A DNA stretch of 64,000 nucleotides, taken from the NCBI GenBank assembly GCA_902800925.1, contig CADCGD010000005.1:6431-70430 (forward strand), read 5' to 3'. Position numbers and translations under genes: made by a program. Origin of the DNA: an uncultured Bacteroidales bacterium. Its GTDB lineage: Bacteria; Bacteroidota; Bacteroidia; Bacteroidales; Bacteroidaceae. Under the pieces are notes generated by a model, which was not told the DNA's origin, made no database searches, and worked only from the letters and a program-made list of their open reading frames with translations. This document shows, in pieces, positions 48,424-58,394 of this stretch (positions are counted from its first letter, which is position 1; the number at the start of each line of letters is the position of its first letter).

Positions 48424-51400
48424 ATGAAGTTTAAACTTTTACGCTTTTCGCTTCTGAGTGTGCTTGTCATGCTGTGTGGAGGATTGGCTCACGCCACAGA
48501 CTTCCGTAACATAAAGATTGATCTGACTGCACATTCGGAGCTATTGACCGAAAGCAATGTCCTTATCACCGTTGCTGAAGACGGCACTATCGGCACGACA
48601 GACGATGCTGCCAAAGCTGCAGGTACCATCAACGGAAAAGTTCATGGTTCATACGGCTCATCAAACTTTACTGCCAGCATTCCTGTTCAGGGTTGCGTTA
48701 AAATTACCTATGCTACTCACGACTACGGCAACGACATCGTGGTTACCAATGCCGAAGGTTCCGAGGTTGCTAAGTTAAACACGATGGGTGCAAAGTGGAT
48801 GAGCGACCACAACAACGTCGTAGTTGCCTACTATCGCACCAACGAGCCCACCACACTAAATTTCAGCAATGCTAACTATAACCCCTACTTCGCTGTAGAG
48901 GCTATTGACCCAGCAGACCTGCCCGCAGAGGTTACCACTTACATTATTACATTCGCTGTTGGTGAAGGAGAAGGCAATGCTCCCGCCGCCCTAGAAATTA
49001 ATGCTGGAGACAAGTTCAATGCTCCAAAGAACTACACTCTCTATAAGGAAGGCGCTACGCTGACTGGCTGGAGCGACGGCACTAAGACATATGCTGTGGG
49101 CGAGGAGATTACTCCTGAGGCAGATATGACACTGACTGCTCAATACACCGCCAACGAGGTTACACTAGCTGACCGCACCGAGGCTGTAACCATTACATAT
49201 GCTTTGGATGGTTATAACAATAATCCTAAGTACAACTTCCAGAGTGGTGCTGGCATCATCGTCACTCAAGCTACAGTCAACGGCAAGACCATTGACGTGA
49301 AGATTGATACCAACGGCAAATTTGCCCATAACGGCAGCGGCTGGCATCAGGTAAACAATGGAAGCACTGTAACCGTTCCTTCGTGCAAGGGTGCAACATT
49401 TGCTGTCAAGACATACCAAGATACAAATGCCCTAAAGTTTGGCGAGACGGCTGCAGAAGCTGGTGCAGAAGCCACCTATGAAGCTACTGCCGACGATGCC
49501 ACACTCGTTATCACCCAGACGGCCAATGGCTATTGGAGTAAGCTAGTAATTACACTGCCGGTGATTGAAAAACAAGAAGAACCAATCTCTGGTACCTATT
49601 TCTCAGCAACCGTGATTGCGACTACAGAGCAATCACTTGCTCCTGGTACGACCGAAATATCCAGCGAAATTGCCACAATAGAAGGAGGCAAGGTTTATGC
49701 TATAAATGAACAAAGCGGAGAAAAGATATTGATTAACAAACAAGGCGGTGTATTCTACTTTTGCATGACCAACAACAACACCTACTTTAAGATTGAGTTC
49801 GACAATGCCATTGCTGTAGGTGACGTGATTACTGCAGATGCAAATGGCGGTGTCAAGGACAGCGCTTCAAAGGGTATTTGGGTGTCAACAAATAGCGCTC
49901 GTCCATCTGCAGCACCTGACTGTGCGGGTGTTAGCGCTACTGATGGAATCATCACCAATCTATTGAACTACACGGTTACTGCTGGTAGCGAATATGTGGG
50001 AGCAAAAAACCTCTATGTCTATCGCGCAGCAGGTGCTACTGAATATTTCAACAATTTCAAAATTACACGCAGCAGTAGTCAGCAAGAAGATCCTGAAGAA
50101 CCCGTCGAAAGCGGATACACCAATACATGGCAGTTTGGTAAGAGCAATGGTGCTCCTGAGTTTGCACTACAGAAGAGTCCAGAGTATTCTTACAAAGTTA
50201 ACGACCACGAGCTCATAATAAACACTGATGCAGGCAAGCTGAACAATGCCAGCCGTAACGACGAATGGAGTCAGTGCAACAACGGAACCATCATTAAGGT
50301 TCCTGTGTACGCTGGCGCAAAACTGTCGTGGGGAAGATATCAGAAAGGTGCTGAGGCAGGCTTTATCGTCAACGATGTACTGTTTAACGAATATTACATC
50401 GCTACAGAAGATGGTACTGCTGAGCTGAAAGCCCAGGGCATCAGTTACCTCAGCTACATTAAGATTGAACCCGTCAAGCTATACGACATCAACGGTACTG
50501 TAACAGGCGGCACCATCAATGGTTCATCCGTCATTCTGACTGCTGCTGGCAACGCGCAGCCCTACAGTGCGACCATCGCTGAAGGAGCATTCGCAATGAA
50601 GGTTCCTGCAGACACCTATACACCAAGTCTGAGCAACGATGTAGCATATATCGTCAAGAGTCCTGAAACCATTAAGGTAAGTGCAGACGGCAGCGTTGGC
50701 GAGGTTACCATCGAGGCTGCTAAGCCTCAACTGGTGAAGGGTCAGATAACCAATGCCCCTGCAGAGGCCTTTATCCTTACATTTACTGGTGCTACTCAAA
50801 AGAAGATTGTAGAGTGTGCAGCCAACGCTACATCTTACGAGGCCACGCTGGAGCCCGACACATACACCATCAGTTCAAGCGTAGGTACGCTGTCTACGCT
50901 CTCTAAGGAGAACTTCAAGGTACTGAAGGACGCTGTAACTTTCAACATCTACTATCCAGAGGCTAACGTCCCCGCTGCGACACAACAGGACATCACGGTC
51001 GACAACACGGCAATCGTTGCCGCCAATGTTTACAACAAGGTAGGCGATGCTATTGCCGCTGCTAAAGCCGGTAACATCGCCAAGCCCATCATCACCCTGA
51101 CAAGCGGACAGACCTATCAAGAGCAGGTTATTGTAAACATCCCTGACGTAACGCTGAAGACCAGTGGCGAGGAGAAAGCGACCATTACCTTCTATTATGG
51201 TATCGGTTACACATATTATAGTCTTGATGAGACTGGTCAGTACAACAAGGACCGCGCCATGACGCGCAACTCGATCCTGATGAGGGATCCAAATCGCTGG
51301 GGCGCCACGGTTCTGGTAACCAAGGAAGGCAATAACTTCAAGGCAGAAAACATCATCTTCGAAAACAGCTTTAACCAGCGCTATACTGACGCTGAGGTCA

Positions 51401-52776
51401 TCGACGGTGTCCGTCCTAATGGATGCCAAAGCATTACCTACGACCGCACGAAGGCTGACGACGCATCAGGCTACAAAAAGGCTGACGCAAAAGATGGCGT
51501 AACGGAACGTGCCGCTGCCCTCGCCTTCGAGAACAATCCTAAGGGCTGTCAGCTGTACAACTGTAAACTGGTAGGTTCACAGGACACCTACTACACCAGC
51601 GGTACCATCTACCATAAGAACTGTGACATTGTAGGCAACACCGACTATATTTTCGGTGGCGGCAAGGTCGTCTTCGACAACTGTAACCTCATCATCGGTG
51701 GCTATAGTGATAAAGAGACCAGCGCATACATCACAGCACAAAATGGTGCTACGGGCGATGCCTATATCTTCCGCGACTGCACAGTCAAGAAAGGCGAACG
51801 CCAGTACACGCTAGCCAACCTCGGCCGTGACTGGGGTGGCAAGAATGCAACGGTATACTACCTCAATCTAAAGAATGAACTTGGCAACAAGATGCAGTTC
51901 AAGTGGACTAGCATGAGCAAGGATGGAGGAATCTCTGACGGTACTGCCGACCTGCATATCTATGACTTCTCACCTGTCAAGAACGCCAACTATAGTACGA
52001 CAGGTTCTGCTGGTGCCAACATCAATGGTTTACTCTCTGACGAAAAAGCTCTCAATCTCTATGCTGATGTTGTCACGTTCCTTGGTTTCACGCCAGAGCG
52101 CATCTATGAAGACCGTCTGGAACTAGACGAAAGTAGCGACTACAACACTTGTCGTCTGGCTGCCAGCGACAACGTGAATCGTAACGTAACGCTGCAGAAG
52201 TCGCTAAAGGCTGGTCAATGGAATAGTATAGTGCTACCTTTCAACCTGACACCTGCTCAGACAAAAGCCATCTTTGGTGAAGGAACCAAGGCTGCCACGC
52301 CTAGTGCCACCAGTACAACCGATGCTAATCTGAACTTCACGACAATTGAAGAAGGCGAGATTGCAGCCGGTACAGCAATCATTATCAATCCCGCTAAAGA
52401 CATCACCACTATCGAGGTCGATAATGTTATCATTGCCAGCAGCCCGACAGATTTTGCCAAGGCAGAAAACTGGACTATCTACAATCTGTATTCATGGGTG
52501 AGCGACAAGGCAGGCTGCTACGTTCTCAAGAACGACAAACTGACGAAGTTAGCTAGCAACGATGAGAACATCTTGGCTTTCAGCTCATACATTGTTAACG
52601 ACAATGCTACTGAGGCTCCAACGTTCTCTATCGACGGCACTACCACCGGCATCGAAGAGATTACTCCTGCTTCGACCACTGCCGATGGCAAGGTTTACAA
52701 CCTCGCAGGCCAGCGTGTCAACAAGGCTACGAAGGGTCTGTATATCATCAATGGTAAAAAAGTATTGGTTAAGTAA
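48424..52776 (+). CDS. Large modular CE8 pectin methylesterase with accessory domains and C-terminal secretion tail
   Basis: CE8 motifs ERAAAL, GSQDTYY, GNTDYIFG, LGRDW; InlB-B/Flg_new-like repeat (LTGWSDG...LTAQY); YNLAGQRV...KGLYIINGKK. Confidence 0.85.
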   Translation: MKFKLLRFSLLSVLVMLCGGLAHATDFRNIKIDLTAHSELLTESNVLITVAEDGTIGTTDDAAKAAGTINGKVHGSYGSSNFTASIPVQGCVKITYATHDYGNDIVVTNAEGSEVAKLNTMGAKWMSDHNNVVVAYYRTNEPTTLNFSNANYNPYFAVEAIDPADLPAEVTTYIITFAVGEGEGNAPAALEINAGDKFNAPKNYTLYKEGATLTGWSDGTKTYAVGEEITPEADMTLTAQYTANEVTLADRTEAVTITYALDGYNNNPKYNFQSGAGIIVTQATVNGKTIDVKIDTNGKFAHNGSGWHQVNNGSTVTVPSCKGATFAVKTYQDTNALKFGETAAEAGAEATYEATADDATLVITQTANGYWSKLVITLPVIEKQEEPISGTYFSATVIATTEQSLAPGTTEISSEIATIEGGKVYAINEQSGEKILINKQGGVFYFCMTNNNTYFKIEFDNAIAVGDVITADANGGVKDSASKGIWVSTNSARPSAAPDCAGVSATDGIITNLLNYTVTAGSEYVGAKNLYVYRAAGATEYFNNFKITRSSSQQEDPEEPVESGYTNTWQFGKSNGAPEFALQKSPEYSYKVNDHELIINTDAGKLNNASRNDEWSQCNNGTIIKVPVYAGAKLSWGRYQKGAEAGFIVNDVLFNEYYIATEDGTAELKAQGISYLSYIKIEPVKLYDINGTVTGGTINGSSVILTAAGNAQPYSATIAEGAFAMKVPADTYTPSLSNDVAYIVKSPETIKVSADGSVGEVTIEAAKPQLVKGQITNAPAEAFILTFTGATQKKIVECAANATSYEATLEPDTYTISSSVGTLSTLSKENFKVLKDAVTFNIYYPEANVPAATQQDITVDNTAIVAANVYNKVGDAIAAAKAGNIAKPIITLTSGQTYQEQVIVNIPDVTLKTSGEEKATITFYYGIGYTYYSLDETGQYNKDRAMTRNSILMRDPNRWGATVLVTKEGNNFKAENIIFENSFNQRYTDAEVIDGVRPNGCQSITYDRTKADDASGYKKADAKDGVTERAAALAFENNPKGCQLYNCKLVGSQDTYYTSGTIYHKNCDIVGNTDYIFGGGKVVFDNCNLIIGGYSDKETSAYITAQNGATGDAYIFRDCTVKKGERQYTLANLGRDWGGKNATVYYLNLKNELGNKMQFKWTSMSKDGGISDGTADLHIYDFSPVKNANYSTTGSAGANINGLLSDEKALNLYADVVTFLGFTPERIYEDRLELDESSDYNTCRLAASDNVNRNVTLQKSLKAGQWNSIVLPFNLTPAQTKAIFGEGTKAATPSATSTTDANLNFTTIEEGEIAAGTAIIINPAKDITTIEVDNVIIASSPTDFAKAENWTIYNLYSWVSDKAGCYVLKNDKLTKLASNDENILAFSSYIVNDNATEAPTFSIDGTTTGIEEITPASTTADGKVYNLAGQRVNKATKGLYIINGKKVLVK

Positions 52777-52798
52777 TTAACTACACCTTATCAATATT

Positions 52799-52833
52799 GA
52801 GGGCGGAGACGAACAGTTTCCGCCCTCTTTTTT
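52799..52833 (+). terminator. Intrinsic terminator
   Basis: gagggcgga...tccgccctc followed by a T tract. Confidence 0.85.
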
Positions 52834-52841
52834 CGCAAAAA

Positions 52842-52857
52842 TCGTAAACGTTTACGA
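52842..52857. promoter_or_regulatory. LacI-type operator TCGTAAACGTTTACGA upstream of susC promoter
   Basis: Perfect 16-bp palindrome; promoter TTTG-N19-TACATTTG at 52878-52908; related sites at 36740, 42998, 43043, 48269, 61368. Confidence 0.75.
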
Positions 52858-52959
52858 AAAAAAACATCTCTTATTATTTTGCCATGTTAAGTATTATTAG
52901 TACATTTGCACAGAAAATAATTATTTTTTTTACTATTTAAATTTTAAACTACTAATTTT

Positions 52960-55900
52960 ATGTCTGTTAAAATGAAGACTATCTTTCGAACAGCACTAAT
53001 TATGTGCTTGCTCTTAGTCGTGGGTAATCTGTCCGCACAGACCACAGCTAAGGGAACGGTTACAGACCAGACTGGCGAACCAGTTATTGGCGCAACCGTA
53101 GTAGAGAAGGGGAATCCCAAGAATGCAGCAGTGACCGACTTTGACGGTAACTTTACACTGAAGCTGCAAAACGGCAAGACGATTGTGATATCATACATTG
53201 GTATGGTAACACAGGAAGTCACGGCGGGACCCAACTTGCAAATCAAGTTACAGGACGACAATGCATCCCTCGAGGAAGTCGTCGTTGTAGGTTACACCAG
53301 CAAAGCTCGTAAGGACCTGACTGGTTCAGTAGGTTCTATCAGTGGCGCCAAGCTGGCCGTAGTACCTGTCGCTTCTGCTGCTGAAGCCCTTACGGGTAAA
53401 ATTGCCGGTGTGCAAGTAACGAGTGTTGACGGTCAGCCAGGTGCCGACATCAACATCCGCGTACGTGGTGCAACGTCAGTGACCCAGTCCAATGAGCCGC
53501 TCTATATCGTCGATGGCTTCCAGCAGGCGAACATCAACGATATTCCTCCCTCGGATATTGCATCTATCGATGTATTGAAGGACGCCTCCCTGACCGCTAT
53601 TTACGGTGCAAAGGGTGGTAACGGCGTTGTTATCGTAACTACTAAAAGTGCCAAGGAAGGTAAGGTAAAGGTGAGCTTCAATGGCCGTTTGACATGGTCG
53701 CACATCACCAAGCAGCTCGACCTGATGAACACCGGTGATTTCGTTAATTATCAATACGATCGCGCAGCAGCCAATGGTACCCGTTCTTCATGGGCTAAGT
53801 CTTTCCGTGGTAACTTCGGTAACCCTCTTGACAACGACAAGTACTACGCTCAGCCCACCAACAACTGGCAGGACGAGGTCATGGGTAATACGCCACTCTC
53901 TTATCAGGCTAACGTCAACATCGGCGGTGGTAATGAGACCACGAAGTTCAATCTCTCTATCAACCAGTCTGAGGACAAGGGTATAATCCTCGGTTCAGGT
54001 GTACGCCGTACCATACTCAACCTGAAGTTGAACACGAAGCTACACAAGAACCTCGAATTCAACTACAACCCGAAGATGACATACCGTCGTGACGAGGGTG
54101 CCGGTGGTGACAACGTAGGTACAGGCGGTATTATCGACGTGCTGCGCTACCGTCCTACAGCAGGTCTCCGCTCATGGGGTTCTTACCATGAGGCAGAGGA
54201 TGCCGATGAGGCAGCTAATTTCACACTGACAAACCCTGTCAACGATATCGCAACAAACACTCAGTTGAAACACTCTTACACCGTCAGCAACCAGTTCTCG
54301 CTGAAGTGGACTCCTATCAAGGGACTCGTGCTCCGCACTGAGGGAAACTATAATATCAGTTTCCGCGACAACAATCGTTTCTACGGCTATTTGACAACAG
54401 TAGGTCAAAAGTCTTACAACAAGGGACAGCCTGTAGCTACCATTACAAAGCGTACTGCCCAGTCTTACACCTGGACGAACACCGCTTCATACGACATGAG
54501 CATCAAGGATGATCATAACCTTTCTTTCCTCCTCGGTCAAGAAATATACAACTCTTGGTACGAGGAGTCTGCACAGACTAACAATCTTTTCTCTCGTGAA
54601 ATTTCTGCTGATCAGGCATTTAACAATATGTCTCTCGGCACTCCATACGAGTCCACCTCTATACTCTCCACTTCAAACCGTACCGCATCTTTCTTTGGAC
54701 AGGCATCCTATAACTACAAACATAAGTATCTATTGTCTGCTACATTGCGTGCTGACGGTTCCACAAAGTTTGCTCCAGGCAATCAGTGGGGTTGGTTCCC
54801 ATCTATCTCTGGTGCGTGGGTTATCTCTCAGGAAAAGTTCCTGAAGGACGTCAAGTGGATTGACCAATTAAAGATTCGTGCAGCCTTCGGTCTTGCCGGT
54901 AACAACAATATTAGCGATGACCTGTGGCGCTATCTCTACGTCACCAACCGTACCGGCGGTCCAGCATGGGGCGAGAGCCAGCAGAACTACTATTCCACTC
55001 CAAGCACATTCCCTAACGAAGGTATTAAGTGGGAGACCACCATTACACGAAACTTAGCAGCAGATATCTCGCTGTTCGGAGGTCGTCTGAGCATTACTCC
55101 AGAGTTCTACTGGAACACAACACGTGACCTTCTCTACAACTCAATCATCTCCTCTACCTCTGGCTACACTAAGCAGATGCAGAACATCGGTAAGGTTGAG
55201 AACAAGGGTATAGAACTCACTATCAACGGTGACATTATCCGTGGTAAAGACTACGTACTCTCTGCAAACCTCACACTTGGTCACAACAAGATGACTATCA
55301 AGCAGCTCAATTCTACTGACGACAAGCTCTACGAGAATAGCGGACGCTGGTCTTCCGCACAGGGCAATGACTACAAACTTGAAGTTGGTGGCGAGCTCGG
55401 ACTGCTCTACGGCTATGTATATGATGGTCTCTACTCTCTTGACGAGTTCACCTTCAACTCTTCCAACGCTGCAGAGCCAAAAGAAGGCACTGTTATTATG
55501 AGCACCGACGTATTCGGCTCTTCAAACTCCGGCGAACCCACACTGCCTGGTAAGATGAAGATGAAGGACCTCAACGGTGACGGCATCATCGACGAGAATG
55601 ATAAGACTGTCATTGGTAACACTAACCCGACACTGCAGGGTGGTTTCGGTCTCTCCGGCCAGTGGAAGAACTTCGACTTCACAGCAAACTTCACCTACAT
55701 GATCGGCTTCGACGTGTACAACGCTACAGCATACGCTCTGTCCAGCTCAACAACCTCACAGTACAACTTCTACAATGTACTCTCGAAGTTCACAGACCGT
55801 TGGCGTTACACCGATCCAACAACAGGTGAGTGTATGTACAAGAATACTTACACTGATAACGCTTTGGCAAAGTATATGGAACTTAATGCTAACGTATCTA

Positions 55901-56196
55901 ACTGGAACCCTGCTGACGTAACGAACAATCAGCTTATATCCTACTTCGTTGAAAATGGTTCCTTCTTACGTTGCACCGACCTTACCATCGGTTACACACT
56001 GCCTCAGAAGATTGCCAAGAAGCTCTACCTCAGCAAGTTACGTGTTTATGCTTCTGCCGGCAACCTCTTCACCATCACCAGTTACTCCGGCTATGACCCA
56101 GAGGTTGACGTTCAGTCAGGTTTAACTCCTTCTATGGACTACAACCGCTACCCACGTGCACGCACCTTCTCTTTCGGTGTCAATGTAGACTTCTAA
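52960..56196 (+). CDS. SusC/RagA TonB-dependent receptor (pectin locus)
   Basis: GEPVIGATV, LEEVVVVGY, PLYIVDG, DVLKDAS..AIYG, RADGSTKF, YSGYDPEV, terminal Phe. Confidence 0.97.
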   Translation: MSVKMKTIFRTALIMCLLLVVGNLSAQTTAKGTVTDQTGEPVIGATVVEKGNPKNAAVTDFDGNFTLKLQNGKTIVISYIGMVTQEVTAGPNLQIKLQDDNASLEEVVVVGYTSKARKDLTGSVGSISGAKLAVVPVASAAEALTGKIAGVQVTSVDGQPGADINIRVRGATSVTQSNEPLYIVDGFQQANINDIPPSDIASIDVLKDASLTAIYGAKGGNGVVIVTTKSAKEGKVKVSFNGRLTWSHITKQLDLMNTGDFVNYQYDRAAANGTRSSWAKSFRGNFGNPLDNDKYYAQPTNNWQDEVMGNTPLSYQANVNIGGGNETTKFNLSINQSEDKGIILGSGVRRTILNLKLNTKLHKNLEFNYNPKMTYRRDEGAGGDNVGTGGIIDVLRYRPTAGLRSWGSYHEAEDADEAANFTLTNPVNDIATNTQLKHSYTVSNQFSLKWTPIKGLVLRTEGNYNISFRDNNRFYGYLTTVGQKSYNKGQPVATITKRTAQSYTWTNTASYDMSIKDDHNLSFLLGQEIYNSWYEESAQTNNLFSREISADQAFNNMSLGTPYESTSILSTSNRTASFFGQASYNYKHKYLLSATLRADGSTKFAPGNQWGWFPSISGAWVISQEKFLKDVKWIDQLKIRAAFGLAGNNNISDDLWRYLYVTNRTGGPAWGESQQNYYSTPSTFPNEGIKWETTITRNLAADISLFGGRLSITPEFYWNTTRDLLYNSIISSTSGYTKQMQNIGKVENKGIELTINGDIIRGKDYVLSANLTLGHNKMTIKQLNSTDDKLYENSGRWSSAQGNDYKLEVGGELGLLYGYVYDGLYSLDEFTFNSSNAAEPKEGTVIMSTDVFGSSNSGEPTLPGKMKMKDLNGDGIIDENDKTVIGNTNPTLQGGFGLSGQWKNFDFTANFTYMIGFDVYNATAYALSSSTTSQYNFYNVLSKFTDRWRYTDPTTGECMYKNTYTDNALAKYMELNANVSNWNPADVTNNQLISYFVENGSFLRCTDLTIGYTLPQKIAKKLYLSKLRVYASAGNLFTITSYSGYDPEVDVQSGLTPSMDYNRYPRARTFSFGVNVDF

Positions 56197-56241
56197 TACA
56201 TACAATGTACATTCACATTATTTATAATTAATAGATATATC

Positions 56242-58356
56242 ATGAATATAAGAAATATATTAATCAGTGGACTTGGCGTTATGGCTTTGACCGCCTGCAA
56301 CGATTTCCTCGAAGTAGATGCGCCTTCAAAGCAGACCGTCGATGCCGTCTTCAGTTCCTCGCAGGAAGTCAATGCGGCTCTGAACGGTGTCTATGCCAAG
56401 GTTATGGTAAACGATGCCTTCGGCAATAGCCTCTACAACACTGTCATGTTGAACAGCGATGTGGACTTCACTGCCAACTCAAACGAGAACGCACAGTCCA
56501 ACACGCCGCGCCGCTTTGATGTCACGTCCAGTGGCTCTGCAGTAAATAAGCTTTGGACGGCACTCTACGACGGAGTAGAAGCTGCCAACGAGTTTATCTA
56601 TAATCTGGAGAATAGCCCAATCTATTCAAAGGTGGCCAACACCTCAACAGTAGTTGACGAATTCGGTAACGAAACGCAAGTGTCAACTCCTGTCGTCAAC
56701 AATTACACACAGATGATTGGTGAGGCAAAGATGATACGAGCCATGTTCTACCATGAGCTCCTCTCATACTGGGGTGACGTACCATTCACCTTCAAACCTA
56801 CCAGTGTGACAGGAGAATTTGCTCCTGCTATCATTGACCGTCAGGTTATCAGCGACGCGCTCATTGCTGACCTTCGCGAAATTGCTGAGTACATGTACTC
56901 CGACAAGAACATCTCTGACGCTCCGGAACGCATCTCCAAAGAGGCTGTTTATGCGATGATAGCACGTCTCGCACTGCAGGCAGGTGGTTACTCACTTAAC
57001 CACGATGCCGGTGACACAAATGGCTATTACATGAAGCGTCCTGCGAACTATAAGGACTACTATCAGATTGCACTTGACTACACCGACAAAGTCATTAATG
57101 ATGGCGGTCACAGTCTCACAAAGTCTTTCGCCTCTGTCTTCACTGACGAGTGCTCCTACAACACATCCACTGGCGATGATGTCATCTGGGAAATCCCTTA
57201 CGGCAAGGATGACACTGGCAACTGGGGTTACTATCAGGGTCCGACATGTTCTTCCAGCGGTGGTCAGACATCATACAGCTCATGGGGTGAGACAAGCGGC
57301 TCCGTACGCACCACAGCATTCTATATGTACGATTTTGAGAATGGTGATGCCCGACGCGACTACACCTGCGGACTGTGGTACTACTCCGCAACAGGTCTGC
57401 CGACACTGCGCTACGACTACGCTATGCACAACAACAAGTGGTCCAAACTCTGGTCTTCTACACAACAGGGTAAGGAATCTACTGGTTCCACAGGCATCAA
57501 TTTCGCATACATACGCTATGCAGACGTACTGCTGATGAATGCAGAGGCTGCCAACGAACTGGACAAGCCTGATCAGGCCAAGAATGATCTTCGTATCGTG
57601 CGTGAGCGTGCCTTCAGAAACAGTAACCCGGCTACCATTAACAAGTATGATGCAGTCACTGATAAAGAAGAGCTCCTCAATGCAATCCTCGATGAGCGTA
57701 AGTTCGAGTTCGCCGGCGAAAACATGCGCTGGAAGGACCTCGTGCGTAATAACAAGTATTCTGAGACCATCTACTGGACATTCCTGAAGTACTACTCAGT
57801 AGGTGCAGAAGGTGCAGGATGGAGCGACTACTATGAGGAAATCAGCGAGGCTACAGGCAAGGACTATTCTACTATTCTCCCAAGCAACATCTACGCTTTC
57901 TACGTTAAGAATCCTGGTGACGGTTCACTCTTTGTCAATAATACCCTCCCAGTATTTTATATAGTAGATCCTTACGGAAAGGCTGATGATCCTACAGCAA
58001 CCACCGTAGATAAGTATATCACCAACAATGCACTGCCATACACTGCTCTGACTGCAAAGGATATCACAGGCAGCGACACTGATCAGGCAAAGATTGGTTG
58101 GACAACAGCGAAGGTATTCTCTGCCTCATGGGGCAGTGACAGCGGTATCAAAGCACAGTGTCTCTATTCCTTCTACGGATACATACGCGGTGGCATCCGC
58201 GACGGCGAGATAGACCTCGTGTACGGTGCTAACGACGTAAGAACAATTGAACCTTACAGCCTGGACGTCAAGCAGTTGCCCGCAGTACGCTACCTTCTGC
58301 CACTGCCTAACGAGGCACTCCAGCGCGGTGGATACACACAAAACTATGGTTATTAA
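56242..58356 (+). CDS. SusD/RagB lipoprotein
   Basis: Lipobox LTAC; GEAKMIRA, WGDVP, RYADVLLMNAEA, ERKFEFAGE..RWKDLVR, QNYGY. Confidence 0.95.
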   Translation: MNIRNILISGLGVMALTACNDFLEVDAPSKQTVDAVFSSSQEVNAALNGVYAKVMVNDAFGNSLYNTVMLNSDVDFTANSNENAQSNTPRRFDVTSSGSAVNKLWTALYDGVEAANEFIYNLENSPIYSKVANTSTVVDEFGNETQVSTPVVNNYTQMIGEAKMIRAMFYHELLSYWGDVPFTFKPTSVTGEFAPAIIDRQVISDALIADLREIAEYMYSDKNISDAPERISKEAVYAMIARLALQAGGYSLNHDAGDTNGYYMKRPANYKDYYQIALDYTDKVINDGGHSLTKSFASVFTDECSYNTSTGDDVIWEIPYGKDDTGNWGYYQGPTCSSSGGQTSYSSWGETSGSVRTTAFYMYDFENGDARRDYTCGLWYYSATGLPTLRYDYAMHNNKWSKLWSSTQQGKESTGSTGINFAYIRYADVLLMNAEAANELDKPDQAKNDLRIVRERAFRNSNPATINKYDAVTDKEELLNAILDERKFEFAGENMRWKDLVRNNKYSETIYWTFLKYYSVGAEGAGWSDYYEEISEATGKDYSTILPSNIYAFYVKNPGDGSLFVNNTLPVFYIVDPYGKADDPTATTVDKYITNNALPYTALTAKDITGSDTDQAKIGWTTAKVFSASWGSDSGIKAQCLYSFYGYIRGGIRDGEIDLVYGANDVRTIEPYSLDVKQLPAVRYLLPLPNEALQRGGYTQNYGY

Positions 58357-58394
58357 TTAAGTACTCTGCGTAATCCATTAAAGCAAATAAATAT